Notes: generated by a model from the sequence alone, not told the origin. Positions 19,322-30,197 are shown, numbered from the stretch's first letter. The stretch: DNA of 64,000 nt from Lysobacterales bacterium (GCA_022844165.1 JALHMH010000022.1:1-64000), one strand, 5' to 3'. Made by a program: numbers and translations.

Positions 19322-20665
19322 ATGAACCTCCGATTTGGCACACAACGTCACTCCCCAGCCCGTCCGTGCAGCGCTGCACAGTGGCATTGGTCGGCTCTGC
19401 TGCTGTTCAGCCTGAGCGGCCTTAGCCATGCCCAGAGCGGACTGATCGGCCAGCCGCTGTTAACCACTGGTTTCGAGACCGACGCGAGCATCGGCGCCGA
19501 TGCCGAGGAACTGCGCAACTCCAGCCTGGAGGCCCTGGTCAACCTGCTCGGCGCGGATGCAGACGACATTGAAGTCGTCATCACGTACATCGGCAAGGGA
19601 AGTCTCGACACCGGCGTCGGCATCCAGCCGGTGGATTCGCAGCCGCCAGCGAGCACTTCGAACCCTTTTGCGCAGGGCTTCATCGCCTTCAATCCAGCGA
19701 CGCGCAACGAATTCCGGATCCAGATCGCGCGCGCCGATCTGCAAGTCATCGGCGACGCCGGTGCCCGCGCCCTTCTCGACGCCGGCGCCGGCAGGCTCGG
19801 GCAGCCCGTACCGCCAGACAACCCCGATGCGACCACAATTCAGTCGAAGTCCTGGAGCAATAACATCGACAACCGCGTGCGACTGTCTACCGTGGGCGTT
19901 GGAACCAGCCAGTGGCCATGGCGCACCATCGCCCAGCTGGGTGGGGGTTGCACCGGCACGCTGGTTGGCCCCCGTCATGTCGTGACGGCGGCGCACTGCA
20001 TCTACAGCCGGACCAGAAATCGTTGGAGCAGCGGCTTCAATGTGGTGCCTGGCCAGTCGGGCGGCGTGTCGCTCTATGGCACGTCGCTGATGCCGTCCGG
20101 AAGTTTCGCCTGGTACTTCACGCCCTGGCAGTGGCGGGTTGAGGAACCCGCCGGTGGCGCTCGCCAGTACGACATCGGCATCCTGGTGATTCCCGACCGG
20201 CTCGGAGACGCGAGCGGCTGGATGGGCTACACCTCGATCAATGATGCCAGCATGGCCAACAGTGCCATCTACAATCGCGGCTTTCCAAGCTGTAATGCCT
20301 TCACTGTGACTGGTTTGGCGCGTATCGATGACCCGGGCGATCCTGGCAGCAATGTGGTTTGTATCGCCAATCACCTGTATGGCGATCCGGCCACCTGCAG
20401 CACCGGGGAATCCAGCAATCTCGACTCACAAGGCTGGCCACGGCTGATCAACCACTCCTGCGACGCCAGTGCCGGTCAAAGCGGTTCCCCGATCTATCGC
20501 TACTCGAACGGACCGCGCGTGGTCGGTGTGCATGTCGCTTCCAGCTGCGGCTCGACCGCCTCGGCAACACCCTGCACCACCCAGAGCGCGCGTCCGCTCA
20601 CCGCAGTACGCTTGACGCCCGAATACCGCGACTGGGTCACCTATTTCCGCAGCTGGAAGCCCTGA
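19322..20665 (+). CDS. Secreted trypsin-like (S1, glutamyl-endopeptidase-like) serine protease with N-terminal propeptide
   Basis: Signal-like segment ending LSHA-Q; CTGTLVG..TAAHC; YDIG; GQSGSP; VVGVH. Confidence 0.85.
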   Translation: MNLRFGTQRHSPARPCSAAQWHWSALLLFSLSGLSHAQSGLIGQPLLTTGFETDASIGADAEELRNSSLEALVNLLGADADDIEVVITYIGKGSLDTGVGIQPVDSQPPASTSNPFAQGFIAFNPATRNEFRIQIARADLQVIGDAGARALLDAGAGRLGQPVPPDNPDATTIQSKSWSNNIDNRVRLSTVGVGTSQWPWRTIAQLGGGCTGTLVGPRHVVTAAHCIYSRTRNRWSSGFNVVPGQSGGVSLYGTSLMPSGSFAWYFTPWQWRVEEPAGGARQYDIGILVIPDRLGDASGWMGYTSINDASMANSAIYNRGFPSCNAFTVTGLARIDDPGDPGSNVVCIANHLYGDPATCSTGESSNLDSQGWPRLINHSCDASAGQSGSPIYRYSNGPRVVGVHVASSCGSTASATPCTTQSARPLTAVRLTPEYRDWVTYFRSWKP

Positions 20666-20851
20666 GCCGGGGTTTCCGATATGGGGCGATGGGTGCTGCT
20701 GACGACAGCGCAGGCAGCGCGCTGCCGTTGGCAGAATTCAGGCAAAAACGAATGCAGCAAAGGCAATCCCGGACGCAAGTCCGGGAGATGTCCACACTAC
20801 GCTCAATAGCCGTGACGCACTCACCGCGAGGGTCGGCGCGTCGGGATCCGG

Positions 20852-21405
20852 CCAGCCCGCATATTTCTTGAGGTCGCGATGAAATGGCCTCATTTCGTTG
20901 TAACGGCGCGGAACCTTTGAATTGGTTGGAATGACAGGCTGTCCGCTGCCATTTCCTCGCTAACACGGCTGCGCTTCCTGCTTCGCCCCTCCGGCCAGCG
21001 CATCCATGCGCTGGCGTTCGGCGGCGCGCCGCATGCGGCGGAAATCGCGCCTCACCCTCACTCGTTCTCTGCGCCGGACGACTCAAAGCTCGTCGTCGCA
21101 ATGGGCGAGGAGCATCGCTTGCGCGCGCAGCGCGCGATGCTCAGAGCGCCCGGCAGCTACGCTGACGGGCCGGGTCAACCATTCCGCCCGGTGCGGCGGC
21201 GCAGCCGCCGCCCGTTCGAGCGGGCGCGCCGCATGCGGCGCAAGCTTGCCCGCTCTCACCCTTCTCGCGCCTCGATTCCGGCGCAAAGGTCCGGCCTGGC
21301 GGCGCAGCCGCCAGTCGTTCGAGAGGGCGCATCGCATGCGATGCAAGCTCGCCCTTTCTCACCCTTCGCGATCTTCCGCGTTCCCTCATGAAATATGCGG
21401 GCTAG
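20852..21405. mobile_element. MITE-like non-coding element bounded by 22-bp terminal inverted repeats
   Basis: CCAGCCCGCATATTTCTTGAGG (20852-20873) and CCTCATGAAATATGCGGGCTAG (21384-21405) are reverse complements at 20/22 positions. The interior has repeated palindromes and no credible ORF. Confidence 0.75.
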
Positions 21406-21512
21406 AGCGCCCTTGAGGCCAACGATCTGAAGGTAAGCTGCCAACCGCTCATGCGCCCGACAAACCCAGCGGACGAACGCCCAGCGGTTGATCGCGCCGT
21501 GATCTTCGGTCC

Positions 21513-21950
21513 TCAGTTGACGCGATAAAATCCGTGGTCGCCGATAATGTGCAAGGGCTCGCCTGTCGCCCAATGCGCGTCGACGCGCTGGTAGGCCAGG
21601 AAGTGGTCGGCGCCCGGCACAACCAAGCGGCGATGAGATTCGGGCAGCGACCAGTTGATCATGGCTTTGGTTGTGATCCAAACCGACCCCAACAATGCAC
21701 CCCATTCATTCAGGCGTGTATTGGGGGAGCGTAGTGTCATCGCAAATTGTTTTGGTGCCATGAGCACCGCGCACAGGTTGTCGCCATAACGACCGCTATC
21801 GAGGCGTCGAAGCGCAACTTCTGCCACGGCCAGCTGCCCGTCGACCGACTGATTGCGCGCTTCCAGATAAATGGTTGTCGCCAGACAAAGGGGGTCGGCC
21901 ACCGGAGCAGGTGCCAACGAACTAATCCACATGACGAACGCAAGCTTCAT
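21513..21950 (-). CDS. Cell wall hydrolase (SleB/Hydrolase_2 family)
   Basis: CLATTIYLEARNQ..GQLAVAEV; C..PKQF; IGDHGFY. Confidence 0.88.
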   Translation of the reverse strand: MKLAFVMWISSLAPAPVADPLCLATTIYLEARNQSVDGQLAVAEVALRRLDSGRYGDNLCAVLMAPKQFAMTLRSPNTRLNEWGALLGSVWITTKAMINWSLPESHRRLVVPGADHFLAYQRVDAHWATGEPLHIIGDHGFYRVN

Positions 21951-22257
21951 TTGTTGTTTCCTGGTCGATTGGCCAGAGCGCGAAATGCGCTACCGCCCTG
22001 AGATCAAGACGGACCTTGAATGTCAAGGACCATTTCTACCGTCCTTATGGCAAAACCCTAGCGAACGCTCGCTAGAGCCCGCACTCCATTCAGCTGCCCG
22101 CAGATTGCCACAATTCAGAACAACGCAACCTGACCAGGACAAAGGCCATTAAACGCGACAAGACTGCTGCTTGCTTTGGCCAGCGCAAATTGTCACGACG
22201 ATGCAACTCGCACCGACGTATGCTCGGGCAGGTTTTCGAAGCAGCGCGAGTTGATCC

Positions 22258-25101
22258 ATGACATCCAGACTCTATCTTTGCCTGCCATTGTTGTGGGCAG
22301 TGCCTGCGTCGGCGCAGGTTTCCATCCCGGCAACCAACACGCCAGTTTCCGAATCCTTCGACACGCTGGCGACGAGCGGCACCAGTTCGGCGCTTCCAAC
22401 GGGTTGGGCCTTTGCCGAAACCGGCAGCGCAGCCAATACCACCTACACTGCGAACAACGGCGGGGCCAATACTGGCGACACTTACAGCTACGGCACCGGT
22501 ACGCAAAGCGATCGCGCTTTTGGCACTCTGCTCAGCGGCAGCCTGACAAGCACCATCGGCGCAGCGTTTGTGAATAACACCGGCACGGCCATTACCGCGC
22601 TTCAGATTGCCTACACCGGCGAACAGTGGCGTCTGGGCACCGCAAGCCGCGAGGATCGCCTGGATTTCGCTTACAGCGTCGATGCCACGAGCCTGAGTAC
22701 CGGCACCTACATCGATGTCAACAGCCTGGACTTCATTGCGCCGACCACCGTCACCCCAACCGGTGCTCTGGACGGCAATCTGGCGGCCAATCGCACCACC
22801 AGGCAGTTTACGATCACCGGCTTGTCGATCGCCAACGGCCAGACGTTCTGGGTGCGTTGGAGCGATTTCAATGCCAGCGGTGCCGACGATGGCCTGGCCG
22901 TCGATGACTTTTCGCTGGTCGCAAATCCCGCTGGTGGTGGCTTAACGCTCAGTGTTGCGGATGTGTCTTTGCCCGAAGGCAATGTGCCTGGCGACGTGAC
23001 CAACTTCGATTTCGTCGTCACCTTATCCGGTCCCGCACCGGTGATGGGCGTACGCTTCGATGCAGCCACCAGCGACGGCACCGCCACGGTCGCCAATTCG
23101 GACTACGTTGGCATTGCTTTGCAAGATATCGAAATCAGCGCCGGACAGACGTCGACCACGGTCACTGTGCTCGTCAATCACGACCTGATCGGTGAGCCGA
23201 ACGAGACCTTTACCCTCACCCTGAGCAACTTCGAGAACGTCACGCCCACCGACGCGATCGCCGTAGGCACGATCGTCAACGACGATCCGCTGGAAATTTT
23301 CCAGATTCAGGGCAGCGGCAATTCGTCGCCGGTGGCCAACAGTAACGTCGTCAGCATCGACAACGTGGTGACTGCCCTGGCGCCTAACGGCTTTTTCATG
23401 CAGACGCCAAGTAGCCGAGACGATGGAAATCTGGCCACATCGAACGGCATTTTTGTCTTCACCAGCACGGCACCAACCGTCGCCGTTGGCGATCGAGTCA
23501 GCGTTTCCGGCACCGTCGTCGAGTTCTTCGACTTCACCCAGATTTCCGCACCCACGGTGACCGTCACTGGCACCTTGCCGTTGCCACCGCCGGTGGCCCT
23601 GGATGCCACCTGGCCGTCGCCGTTGCGCACGGCGCCGGCTTGTTATGCCGACCCGAACATCGAGTTCGCCAACTTCGAGTGCATCGAAGGTATGCGCGTC
23701 AATCTGGCGTCTGGCATTGTCAACGGCCCCAGTCAGCGCTTTGCGTCTGATCCATTCGCCGAGCCGCAGATTGTTGCGCGCAGCACACGGGCTTTCCGCG
23801 AGCCCGGCATTCTCTTCCCCGGTCTCAGTGGCATCGCGCCGAGCATCCCGGTATTCGACAACAATCCAGAGATCTTCGAACTCGACCCGGACAAACTCGG
23901 CTTGCCCAACCGCGCGCTGACGGGTGGAACCACGTTCAGCGCCGAGGGTGTCATCGGCTACGATTTTGGCGACTTTGAGATCTGGCCGACGCAGTTGACG
24001 ACTGTCGATGCGCAAATGCCGCGACCCGTACCAGTCGCGCAGACGGGCAATTTGACCATCGCCAGCATCAACGTATTGCGACTGTACGATCCGAACGCAG
24101 CGAACAACAGCGCAACCACATGCAATAGCACCGCAACTTACACAGAACTCACAGAGGCAGCCGACTTCGATCGACGCATCGCCAAGCTCTCCAGTTATGT
24201 CCGCAACGTGCTGCGCGCGCCCGATGTGATTGCGTTCCAGGAAGTCGAGAACCTCGGCGTGCTGGAGACATTGGCGGCCAAGCTGTTGGTCGACGACCCG
24301 ACGTTGGCCTACACGGCACATCTGGCCGAAGGCAGCGATGTCGGCGGCATTGATGTCGGCTTCTTGGTGCGCGCCGGCCGCATTAATGCCGGATTCACGC
24401 TGACGCAACTCGGCAAAGCTGAGCTATTCACATTCGACGATCCGGATTCTTGCCTGCACGATCGTCCGCCTTTCCTGTTGGAGGGCGTTTTCAGTCAGGG
24501 TGACCGTCCGTTTGCAGTGATGGTCAATCATCTGCGCTCATTGAACGGTATCGGCGATTGCCGCAGCGGCAGTACCGAACGCGTCTGCCGCAAGCGCCTT
24601 GAACAGGCGCTGTCGATCGCCGCTTTCGTGCAATCCGCGCAAACGGCACAACCCACGCGCCCATTGGTGGTTCTGGGCGACTTCAACGCTTTCGAGTTTA
24701 GCGATGGTCATGTCGACGTGATCGGCATTGTCAAAGGAACGGCGCTGCTCGACGGCGCGGCTTCGCCAAACAGCCAACTCGCTCCGACGAACGATGTGAT
24801 CGAACCGAATTTGATCAACGCGATCGACAACCTGCCGAATGCGGAGCGCTATAGCTTCTTGTTCGACAGAAATGTCCAGGTACTGGACCATGCGCTGCTC
24901 AACACGGCGGGCGCCAATTCGCTGATCGAAGCCGCGTTCGCACGCGGCAATGTCGATGTACCAGAAGTATTCGAACGTACCGCCGCGAATGCGACGACCT
25001 ACGGCGAGGACCTGTTTCCCAGCGGCTTCGAGTCGCCGAACGAATATCGCGCGACTCGGATCTCGGATCACGACGGACTTTGGTTGCGGCTCTTTCCGTA
25101 G
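22258..25101 (+). CDS. Secreted ExeM/NucH-like endonuclease/exonuclease/phosphatase with N-terminal beta-sandwich, Calx-beta and OB domains
   Basis: Signal peptide; YTGEQWR..DDGLAVDDF; Calx-beta EPNETFTLTLS; IFQIQG..SP..GFFMQ..SNGIFVF; QEVEN, VNHLRS, LGDFN, LDH, SDHD. Confidence 0.88.
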   Translation: MTSRLYLCLPLLWAVPASAQVSIPATNTPVSESFDTLATSGTSSALPTGWAFAETGSAANTTYTANNGGANTGDTYSYGTGTQSDRAFGTLLSGSLTSTIGAAFVNNTGTAITALQIAYTGEQWRLGTASREDRLDFAYSVDATSLSTGTYIDVNSLDFIAPTTVTPTGALDGNLAANRTTRQFTITGLSIANGQTFWVRWSDFNASGADDGLAVDDFSLVANPAGGGLTLSVADVSLPEGNVPGDVTNFDFVVTLSGPAPVMGVRFDAATSDGTATVANSDYVGIALQDIEISAGQTSTTVTVLVNHDLIGEPNETFTLTLSNFENVTPTDAIAVGTIVNDDPLEIFQIQGSGNSSPVANSNVVSIDNVVTALAPNGFFMQTPSSRDDGNLATSNGIFVFTSTAPTVAVGDRVSVSGTVVEFFDFTQISAPTVTVTGTLPLPPPVALDATWPSPLRTAPACYADPNIEFANFECIEGMRVNLASGIVNGPSQRFASDPFAEPQIVARSTRAFREPGILFPGLSGIAPSIPVFDNNPEIFELDPDKLGLPNRALTGGTTFSAEGVIGYDFGDFEIWPTQLTTVDAQMPRPVPVAQTGNLTIASINVLRLYDPNAANNSATTCNSTATYTELTEAADFDRRIAKLSSYVRNVLRAPDVIAFQEVENLGVLETLAAKLLVDDPTLAYTAHLAEGSDVGGIDVGFLVRAGRINAGFTLTQLGKAELFTFDDPDSCLHDRPPFLLEGVFSQGDRPFAVMVNHLRSLNGIGDCRSGSTERVCRKRLEQALSIAAFVQSAQTAQPTRPLVVLGDFNAFEFSDGHVDVIGIVKGTALLDGAASPNSQLAPTNDVIEPNLINAIDNLPNAERYSFLFDRNVQVLDHALLNTAGANSLIEAAFARGNVDVPEVFERTAANATTYGEDLFPSGFESPNEYRATRISDHDGLWLRLFP

Positions 25102-25153
25102 CGCGTTTCGAATGAGCCCCAATGTGTCTGCATGGATGCAGGCGATGGGGCGG

Positions 25154-25368
25154 CTAGAGTCGAGTCGAATTTTCTTAGGAGCGGCTTTGGCTTTTGCAGC
25201 CCCTTAAGTGAAGGGGGTGAGACTCGGCGCTGACACGCCGCAGGCGTGTGCCGAGTCGAACGCCCGGCGGCTGCGCCGCTGGGCCGGAAACGCGAAGCGC
25301 GGGTTGTGGGAAATACGGTGTCTTGCGAAGCCAACAATGCTCGGCGGTCTGAGGCGGAGCCTCGTTAG
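25154..25368 (+). repeat. Dispersed repeat family, copy B (longest, with an extra hairpin module)
   Basis: Starts CTAGAGTC and shares blocks with the 30198 copy. Hairpins CCCCTT-AAGTG-AAGGGG and GACTCGGC..GCCGAGTC. Lies between convergent genes. Confidence 0.88.
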
Positions 25369-25396
25369 CGATGAGCTGACATCCTGTCCAATCTGG

Positions 25397-25981
25397 TTAG
25401 CTAAATCCGAACTCGCCACACAGAACATCGCGTACCGGGCGAAAGCTGCGGCGGTGGATCGAGCAAGGACCGAGGCGCTTCAAAGCTGCCAGATGCGCCG
25501 GCGTGGGGTAGCCCATATGCTCATCGAAACCGTACTCGGGAAACTGCGCGGCATAGGCGATCATCTGTTCGTCGCGATGCGTTTTTGCCAGGATCGATGC
25601 GGCAGAAATGCAGCTAAATCGGGCATCGCCTTTGACAAAGGCAGTGCTCGCACAGGGCATGTTTTTCGGTATTCGATTGCCGTCGATCCATGCTTCGTCG
25701 GCGGGTGGATCCAGGGCATGCACTGCTTGGCGCATGCCGTGCAATGTCGCCGCCAGGATGTTCATCCGATCGATGGTCGGCGCGTCGACTTCGATCACCG
25801 CGTAAATCGAGCTGGCCTTGATTGCGATCGCCAATTCGGCGCGGCGTTCTGGACTGAGCGTCTTGCTATCGGCCAGTCCAGCCACAGGTCGTAATGGATC
25901 GAGAATCACCGCCGCAACGACCACCGGTCCCGCCAGCGGGCCGCGTCCTGCTTCATCGACACCAGCGATTCGCGAACTCAT
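25397..25981 (-). CDS. rnhB: Ribonuclease HII
   Basis: GVDEAGRGPLAGPV, DSK, ISAASILAK, HRRSF. Confidence 0.96.
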   Translation of the reverse strand: MSSRIAGVDEAGRGPLAGPVVVAAVILDPLRPVAGLADSKTLSPERRAELAIAIKASSIYAVIEVDAPTIDRMNILAATLHGMRQAVHALDPPADEAWIDGNRIPKNMPCASTAFVKGDARFSCISAASILAKTHRDEQMIAYAAQFPEYGFDEHMGYPTPAHLAALKRLGPCSIHRRSFRPVRDVLCGEFGFS

Positions 25982-27102
25982 AACATCGATAGCACCGCGT
26001 CCGCCGCCCGCTCAGCCGCGCCTTGACGCAAGAGCAGATGCGTGTCGAGCGCGAGTTGTTCAAACCTTGCGGTCCGCACTTTGTCCCATGCGCTCAGATC
26101 CGCAAGCAACGCTTTGGGCGTCAAATCGTACTGCGCAAGCTCAGTCACCAGCGGTTGTTCGACCAACTTGTTCGGCAAGGAAAAAAATGGCGTTTTCAGC
26201 ACACCGAACATCTTGACGATCCAATAAGTTAGCGTGGCGACGCGATAGCCAACGACCATTGGCCGTTTCGCCAGGAACGCTTCCAATGCTGCCGTTCCGC
26301 TGGCGACAATGACCTGATCGCAAGCATAAAGGGCGTCACGCATTTGGCCATCCAGCACGCGTGTTCGCGATGCGAGTGCCGGCCGGGCCGCAACAGCGGC
26401 CTCGATCATTGAGCGAAGTTGCGCATTCGCCGCCGGGACCAGTACCAGGGCTTGCGAGGCTTCTGCCGCACCGAAGAAATCCGAAACCAATTTCGCGACC
26501 TCGCTGCGTCGGCTACCCGGCAAGACTGCCAGCACCCGCACGGCGTCGGGTATCGAAAGCCGTGCGCGCGCCACGGCCCTATCCGGCTTGAGCGGAATCT
26601 CATCCGCAAATGGGTGACCCACAAAGATCGCCCTGCCCCCGTAGCGTTCGTACAGCGCAGGCTCGAACGGAAACAAGCACAGGACGAGGTCTGTGGCCGC
26701 ACCGATGGACCTCGCTCGCGTCTGCCGCCAGGCCCAGATCGAAGGGGACACGTAATGCAAAGTGCGCATGCCACGTTTGTGCAGGCGCTTTTCGATCGGC
26801 AAATTGAAGTCGGGCGCGTCGATTCCGATGTATGCGCTTGCTTTGGCATCCAACACGCGAGCCACAAACTCCCGACGCAAGCGCAGCAATCGCGGCAAGT
26901 GTCTGAGCACTTCGACCAGACCCATGACCGCCAGTTGTTGCGCGTCGAACCAAACCTCCATACCGGCGGCGCGCATTTTCGGGCCACCGATGCCGGCAAA
27001 TCGCAACCTCGGATCCCTCGCGCTCAACGCCTCGATCAAGCTCGCGCCCAAGGCATCGCCGGAGGCCTCGCCTGCGCAGAGAATGATGGTGCGCGTTGTC
27101 AC
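25978..27102 (-). CDS. lpxB: Lipid-A-disaccharide synthase
   Basis: AGEASGD, IDAPDFN, YVSPSIWAWR, LPGSR, SGTAALE. Confidence 0.96.
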   Translation of the reverse strand: MTTRTIILCAGEASGDALGASLIEALSARDPRLRFAGIGGPKMRAAGMEVWFDAQQLAVMGLVEVLRHLPRLLRLRREFVARVLDAKASAYIGIDAPDFNLPIEKRLHKRGMRTLHYVSPSIWAWRQTRARSIGAATDLVLCLFPFEPALYERYGGRAIFVGHPFADEIPLKPDRAVARARLSIPDAVRVLAVLPGSRRSEVAKLVSDFFGAAEASQALVLVPAANAQLRSMIEAAVAARPALASRTRVLDGQMRDALYACDQVIVASGTAALEAFLAKRPMVVGYRVATLTYWIVKMFGVLKTPFFSLPNKLVEQPLVTELAQYDLTPKALLADLSAWDKVRTARFEQLALDTHLLLRQGAAERAADAVLSML

Positions 27103-27154
27103 AGCCAGTGCGACGATTCAAGCGCCGATACGAGAATTCCCGACGTCCTGGCAA

Positions 27155-27928
27155 TCAACGCAAAAGGCTCCGCTCACTGCGATCGATAAAGGCGACGAAC
27201 TCGGCGACAGCCGGTTCTGATTCCGCTTGCGCCAGCAACTTCTCTCGCGCCTCGTTCAACGACAGCCCGGACACATAAAGGGTTCGGTAGGCGCGCTTGA
27301 TCGCGGCGATGCGCTCGGGCGTAAATCCCCGGCGCTTCAATCCTTCGGTATTGATGCCCCGTGGCGCACTCATTTCGCTGCCTGCCACGACAAATGGCGG
27401 TACATCGGAGTTGATTTTGCTGCCCATGCCGGTGAATGCATGCGCACCGATCTTGCAGAACTGATGGATCAGCGAATAACCGCCAAGAATCGCGTAATCC
27501 TCAATCGTCACATGCCCGGCCAGCGCCACAGAATTCGCCAGGATGGTGTGATTGCCGACGATGCAGTCGTGTGCGATGTGGACGTACGCCATGATCCAGT
27601 TGTCGTTGCCGATGACTGTTTTGCCACCGCCCTGCACGGTTCCCCGATTGAGGGTTGTGAACTCGCGAATTGTATTGCCGTCGCCAATGATCAGTTGTGT
27701 CGGTTCCCCAGCGTACTTCTTATCCTGCGGTGCCCCACCGATGGCCGCGTGCGCAAATATCTGGTTGTTCAGACCGATGTGCGTTGGCCCCTCCAGTATG
27801 GCGTGCGCACCGATGCGCGACCCGGCACCAATGCGCACCGAAGCGCCGATGATGGCATAGGGCCCAACTTCCACATTGCTATCAAGCTCAGCGCTCGGGT
27901 CGATCACTGCCGTTTTGTGGACCGACAC
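27155..27928 (-). CDS. lpxA: UDP-N-acetylglucosamine acyltransferase
   Basis: Hexapeptide repeats, PQDKKY, HIAHDC; GTG start inferred. Confidence 0.95.
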   Translation of the reverse strand: MSVHKTAVIDPSAELDSNVEVGPYAIIGASVRIGAGSRIGAHAILEGPTHIGLNNQIFAHAAIGGAPQDKKYAGEPTQLIIGDGNTIREFTTLNRGTVQGGGKTVIGNDNWIMAYVHIAHDCIVGNHTILANSVALAGHVTIEDYAILGGYSLIHQFCKIGAHAFTGMGSKINSDVPPFVVAGSEMSAPRGINTEGLKRRGFTPERIAAIKRAYRTLYVSGLSLNEAREKLLAQAESEPAVAEFVAFIDRSERSLLR

Positions 27929-27932
27929 GGCT

Positions 27933-28403
27933 TCAAGCCCCCCGCTCGGCACACAGCACTTCGGCACTGGCGACGACTTCGCCGTCCACCTTTGCCTGGC
28001 ACACGAATTGACCCATGCGCAGCATCATGCGTTTTTGCACCACTTCAAGATGCAGCTGATCGCCCGGCCGGACGATCTTGTTAAAGCGCGCCTTGTCGAT
28101 CTTGACAAGGTAATACAGCGGGTTCTGTTCCGGGGAGTGTGGTGCCGACATTTGTACGAGCACACCTGAGGCTTGCGCCAGGGCCTCCAAAATAAGCACG
28201 CCGGGCATCACAGGATTACCGGGAAAATGACCTTGGAAAAAAGGCTCGTTCAGCGTTACGTTCTTGATGGCAGTCAAGCGTTTGCCGGGCTCAAAAGCGA
28301 TGACACGATCGACCAGCAGAAATGGATAGCGATGCGGCAGCATCTCAAAGATGCGTCGTACATCAACCGGTAATGTCGGCAATGGGGCGGCGGTTTGCGT
28401 CAT
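27933..28403 (-). CDS. fabZ: 3-hydroxyacyl-ACP dehydratase
   Basis: [29 protein letters not shown]. Confidence 0.96.
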   Translation of the reverse strand: MTQTAAPLPTLPVDVRRIFEMLPHRYPFLLVDRVIAFEPGKRLTAIKNVTLNEPFFQGHFPGNPVMPGVLILEALAQASGVLVQMSAPHSPEQNPLYYLVKIDKARFNKIVRPGDQLHLEVVQKRMMLRMGQFVCQAKVDGEVVASAEVLCAERGA

Positions 28404-28497
28404 GGAGAACCTTCAATACGAGGAAAATCGGATGTTTGGCTGCGTCGGCTCTGATCGAACAGCAGCGGAATGATGAATGTCCGAACCGCTGCTCGCG

Positions 28498-29481
28498 TCA
28501 GCCTCGCCGCGCCAACTCATCGAGTTGTTTGAATCTGACTGCGCTCTTGCGCCACGCGCGATTATCCATCAGCGGCGTACCCGATGAGTACTCGCCAGGA
28601 CTCTTGATTGAATGGGTCACCAGGCTCATTGCTGTGATCGTGACTTTGTCGCAGATTTCAAGATGCCCCAACACACCCGCTCCGCCGCCGATCAAACACC
28701 ATCGGCCGATCCGCGCACTTCCCGCTACAGCCGAACATCCGGCCATTGCGGTGTGCGCTCCTATATGCACGTTGTGGGCAATCTGGATTTGATTGTCGAG
28801 CCGGACGTCGTTCTCAAGCACGGTATCACCCATGGCGCCGCGATCGATGGTCGTGTTGGCGCCGATCTCGCAATCGTCGCCGATCCGAACGCCGCCCAGT
28901 TGCGGCACCTTCAGCCAGCCGCCTTGATCGAACGCCAGTCCGAAACCATCGGCTCCTAACACAGCACCGGGATGAATCAGCACGCGCTTGCCGATTTGCA
29001 CGCGCACCACCAGCGTTACGCGCGCAACGAGTTCAGCGCCCTCGCCCACCACACAATCCTCGCCAATCACGCAACCGGGGCCCACAGTTGCACCCGGACC
29101 GATGATCGAGCGCGCGCCAATGAACACCAATGGCCCCACGTGCGCGCCCGCCCCTACAGTCGCGGATTCGTCGATCACCGCCGAGGCATGTATGCCGGGC
29201 GAGCGCTGCGGTCGATGCTCGAACATTGCCGCCGCTCGCGCAAAATCAGCGTACGGGTTGCGGCTCACGAGCACCGCGCAAGGTGCCCGTTCCGCGGCGT
29301 CGGCAGGCGCAATAACGGCGCCCGCAGATGTCGTCGATAGTTGCCCGCGGTACTTGGGGTTGGCAAGAAAACTCAGGTCTGTTGCTACCGCACGATCCAA
29401 TGGCGCTACGCCTCGGATGGTTGCTCGATCATCGCCCAAGACACCCAGGCCCAATCGTTCGGCAAGCTCGCGGACGATCAT
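28498..29481 (-). CDS. lpxD: UDP-3-O-acylglucosamine N-acyltransferase
   Basis: GADGFG, KVPQLG, IGANTTIDRGA, DNQIQIAHN. Confidence 0.96.
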   Translation of the reverse strand: MIVRELAERLGLGVLGDDRATIRGVAPLDRAVATDLSFLANPKYRGQLSTTSAGAVIAPADAAERAPCAVLVSRNPYADFARAAAMFEHRPQRSPGIHASAVIDESATVGAGAHVGPLVFIGARSIIGPGATVGPGCVIGEDCVVGEGAELVARVTLVVRVQIGKRVLIHPGAVLGADGFGLAFDQGGWLKVPQLGGVRIGDDCEIGANTTIDRGAMGDTVLENDVRLDNQIQIAHNVHIGAHTAMAGCSAVAGSARIGRWCLIGGGAGVLGHLEICDKVTITAMSLVTHSIKSPGEYSSGTPLMDNRAWRKSAVRFKQLDELARRG

Positions 29482-30005
29482 GGCGCCCTCTCGGCACGAT
29501 TCACCCGCGCCAAGACAGCGTCGGTGATATCCAGACGCGGATGCGCAAACCCAACGCTGTCGGTCAGCACCAGATCGAAAGCCTCGGCGCGGGCATAGGC
29601 GGCGATTTCCTCGCGAATCTGCTCGTCGATACGCTGGCGCGCTTCATTCAGGCGGCGATTGAGCGCCACATTAAGATCGTTGCGACGGCGTTCGAGATTG
29701 CGCATTTCGGCATCAACGCGCCGACGCAGCTCGAGCATTTCTGCGTCCGTTGCGGTTTGCGCGCGCCGATCGCGTTCTGCCTCCAGCTCGCGCAATCGTG
29801 CCTCATCCAGTTTCAGCGCATCGCTACGCGGCTTGAATTCGGCAGTAATCTGGTCACGCGTAACGCCAAAGATCGTCGCTTCGTCGATGATGCGCCGCAC
29901 ATCAACATAGCCGACTTTGAGCGGGGATTGCGCGAGCGCACCGAACGACAGCGCGGCCATGGCGCACAACAACGCAAGCCGAATGCTCTTGCTCAACCCG
30001 CGCAC
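29478..30005 (-). CDS. skp: Periplasmic chaperone Skp/OmpH
   Basis: Signal peptide, KVGYVD, coiled coil, FDLVL..DITDAVL; lies between bamA and lpxD. Confidence 0.88.
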   Translation of the reverse strand: MRGLSKSIRLALLCAMAALSFGALAQSPLKVGYVDVRRIIDEATIFGVTRDQITAEFKPRSDALKLDEARLRELEAERDRRAQTATDAEMLELRRRVDAEMRNLERRRNDLNVALNRRLNEARQRIDEQIREEIAAYARAEAFDLVLTDSVGFAHPRLDITDAVLARVNRAERAP

Positions 30006-30197
30006 AGCGAGGTCTCAACTGCAAGATTCGGACCGGCCAGCATTGTGCGTTTCGCCTGCCAAGAATCCATGCATCGCAACAGCTCCCGCTGATCCATTGA
30101 CGATCGGCCAAACCCCTGACCCGGCAGGGCGACGGAAGCCCGATCTGATTCACACGAAATTCGACTCAATCGACAGGATCCTGGCCTGCCAGGTACG

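Noticed and set aside
20990-21372. Possible CRISPR array
   Set aside because: The units are long, degenerate and only 2-4 in number, without identical 25-45 bp repeats separated by unique spacers; there are no cas genes in the window.
30090-30190. Possible SRP or other ncRNA upstream of skp (GGGTCAGG on the minus strand)
   Set aside because: The rest of the SRP motif (CCGGAAGGAAGCAGCC) is absent; no supporting structure recognised.
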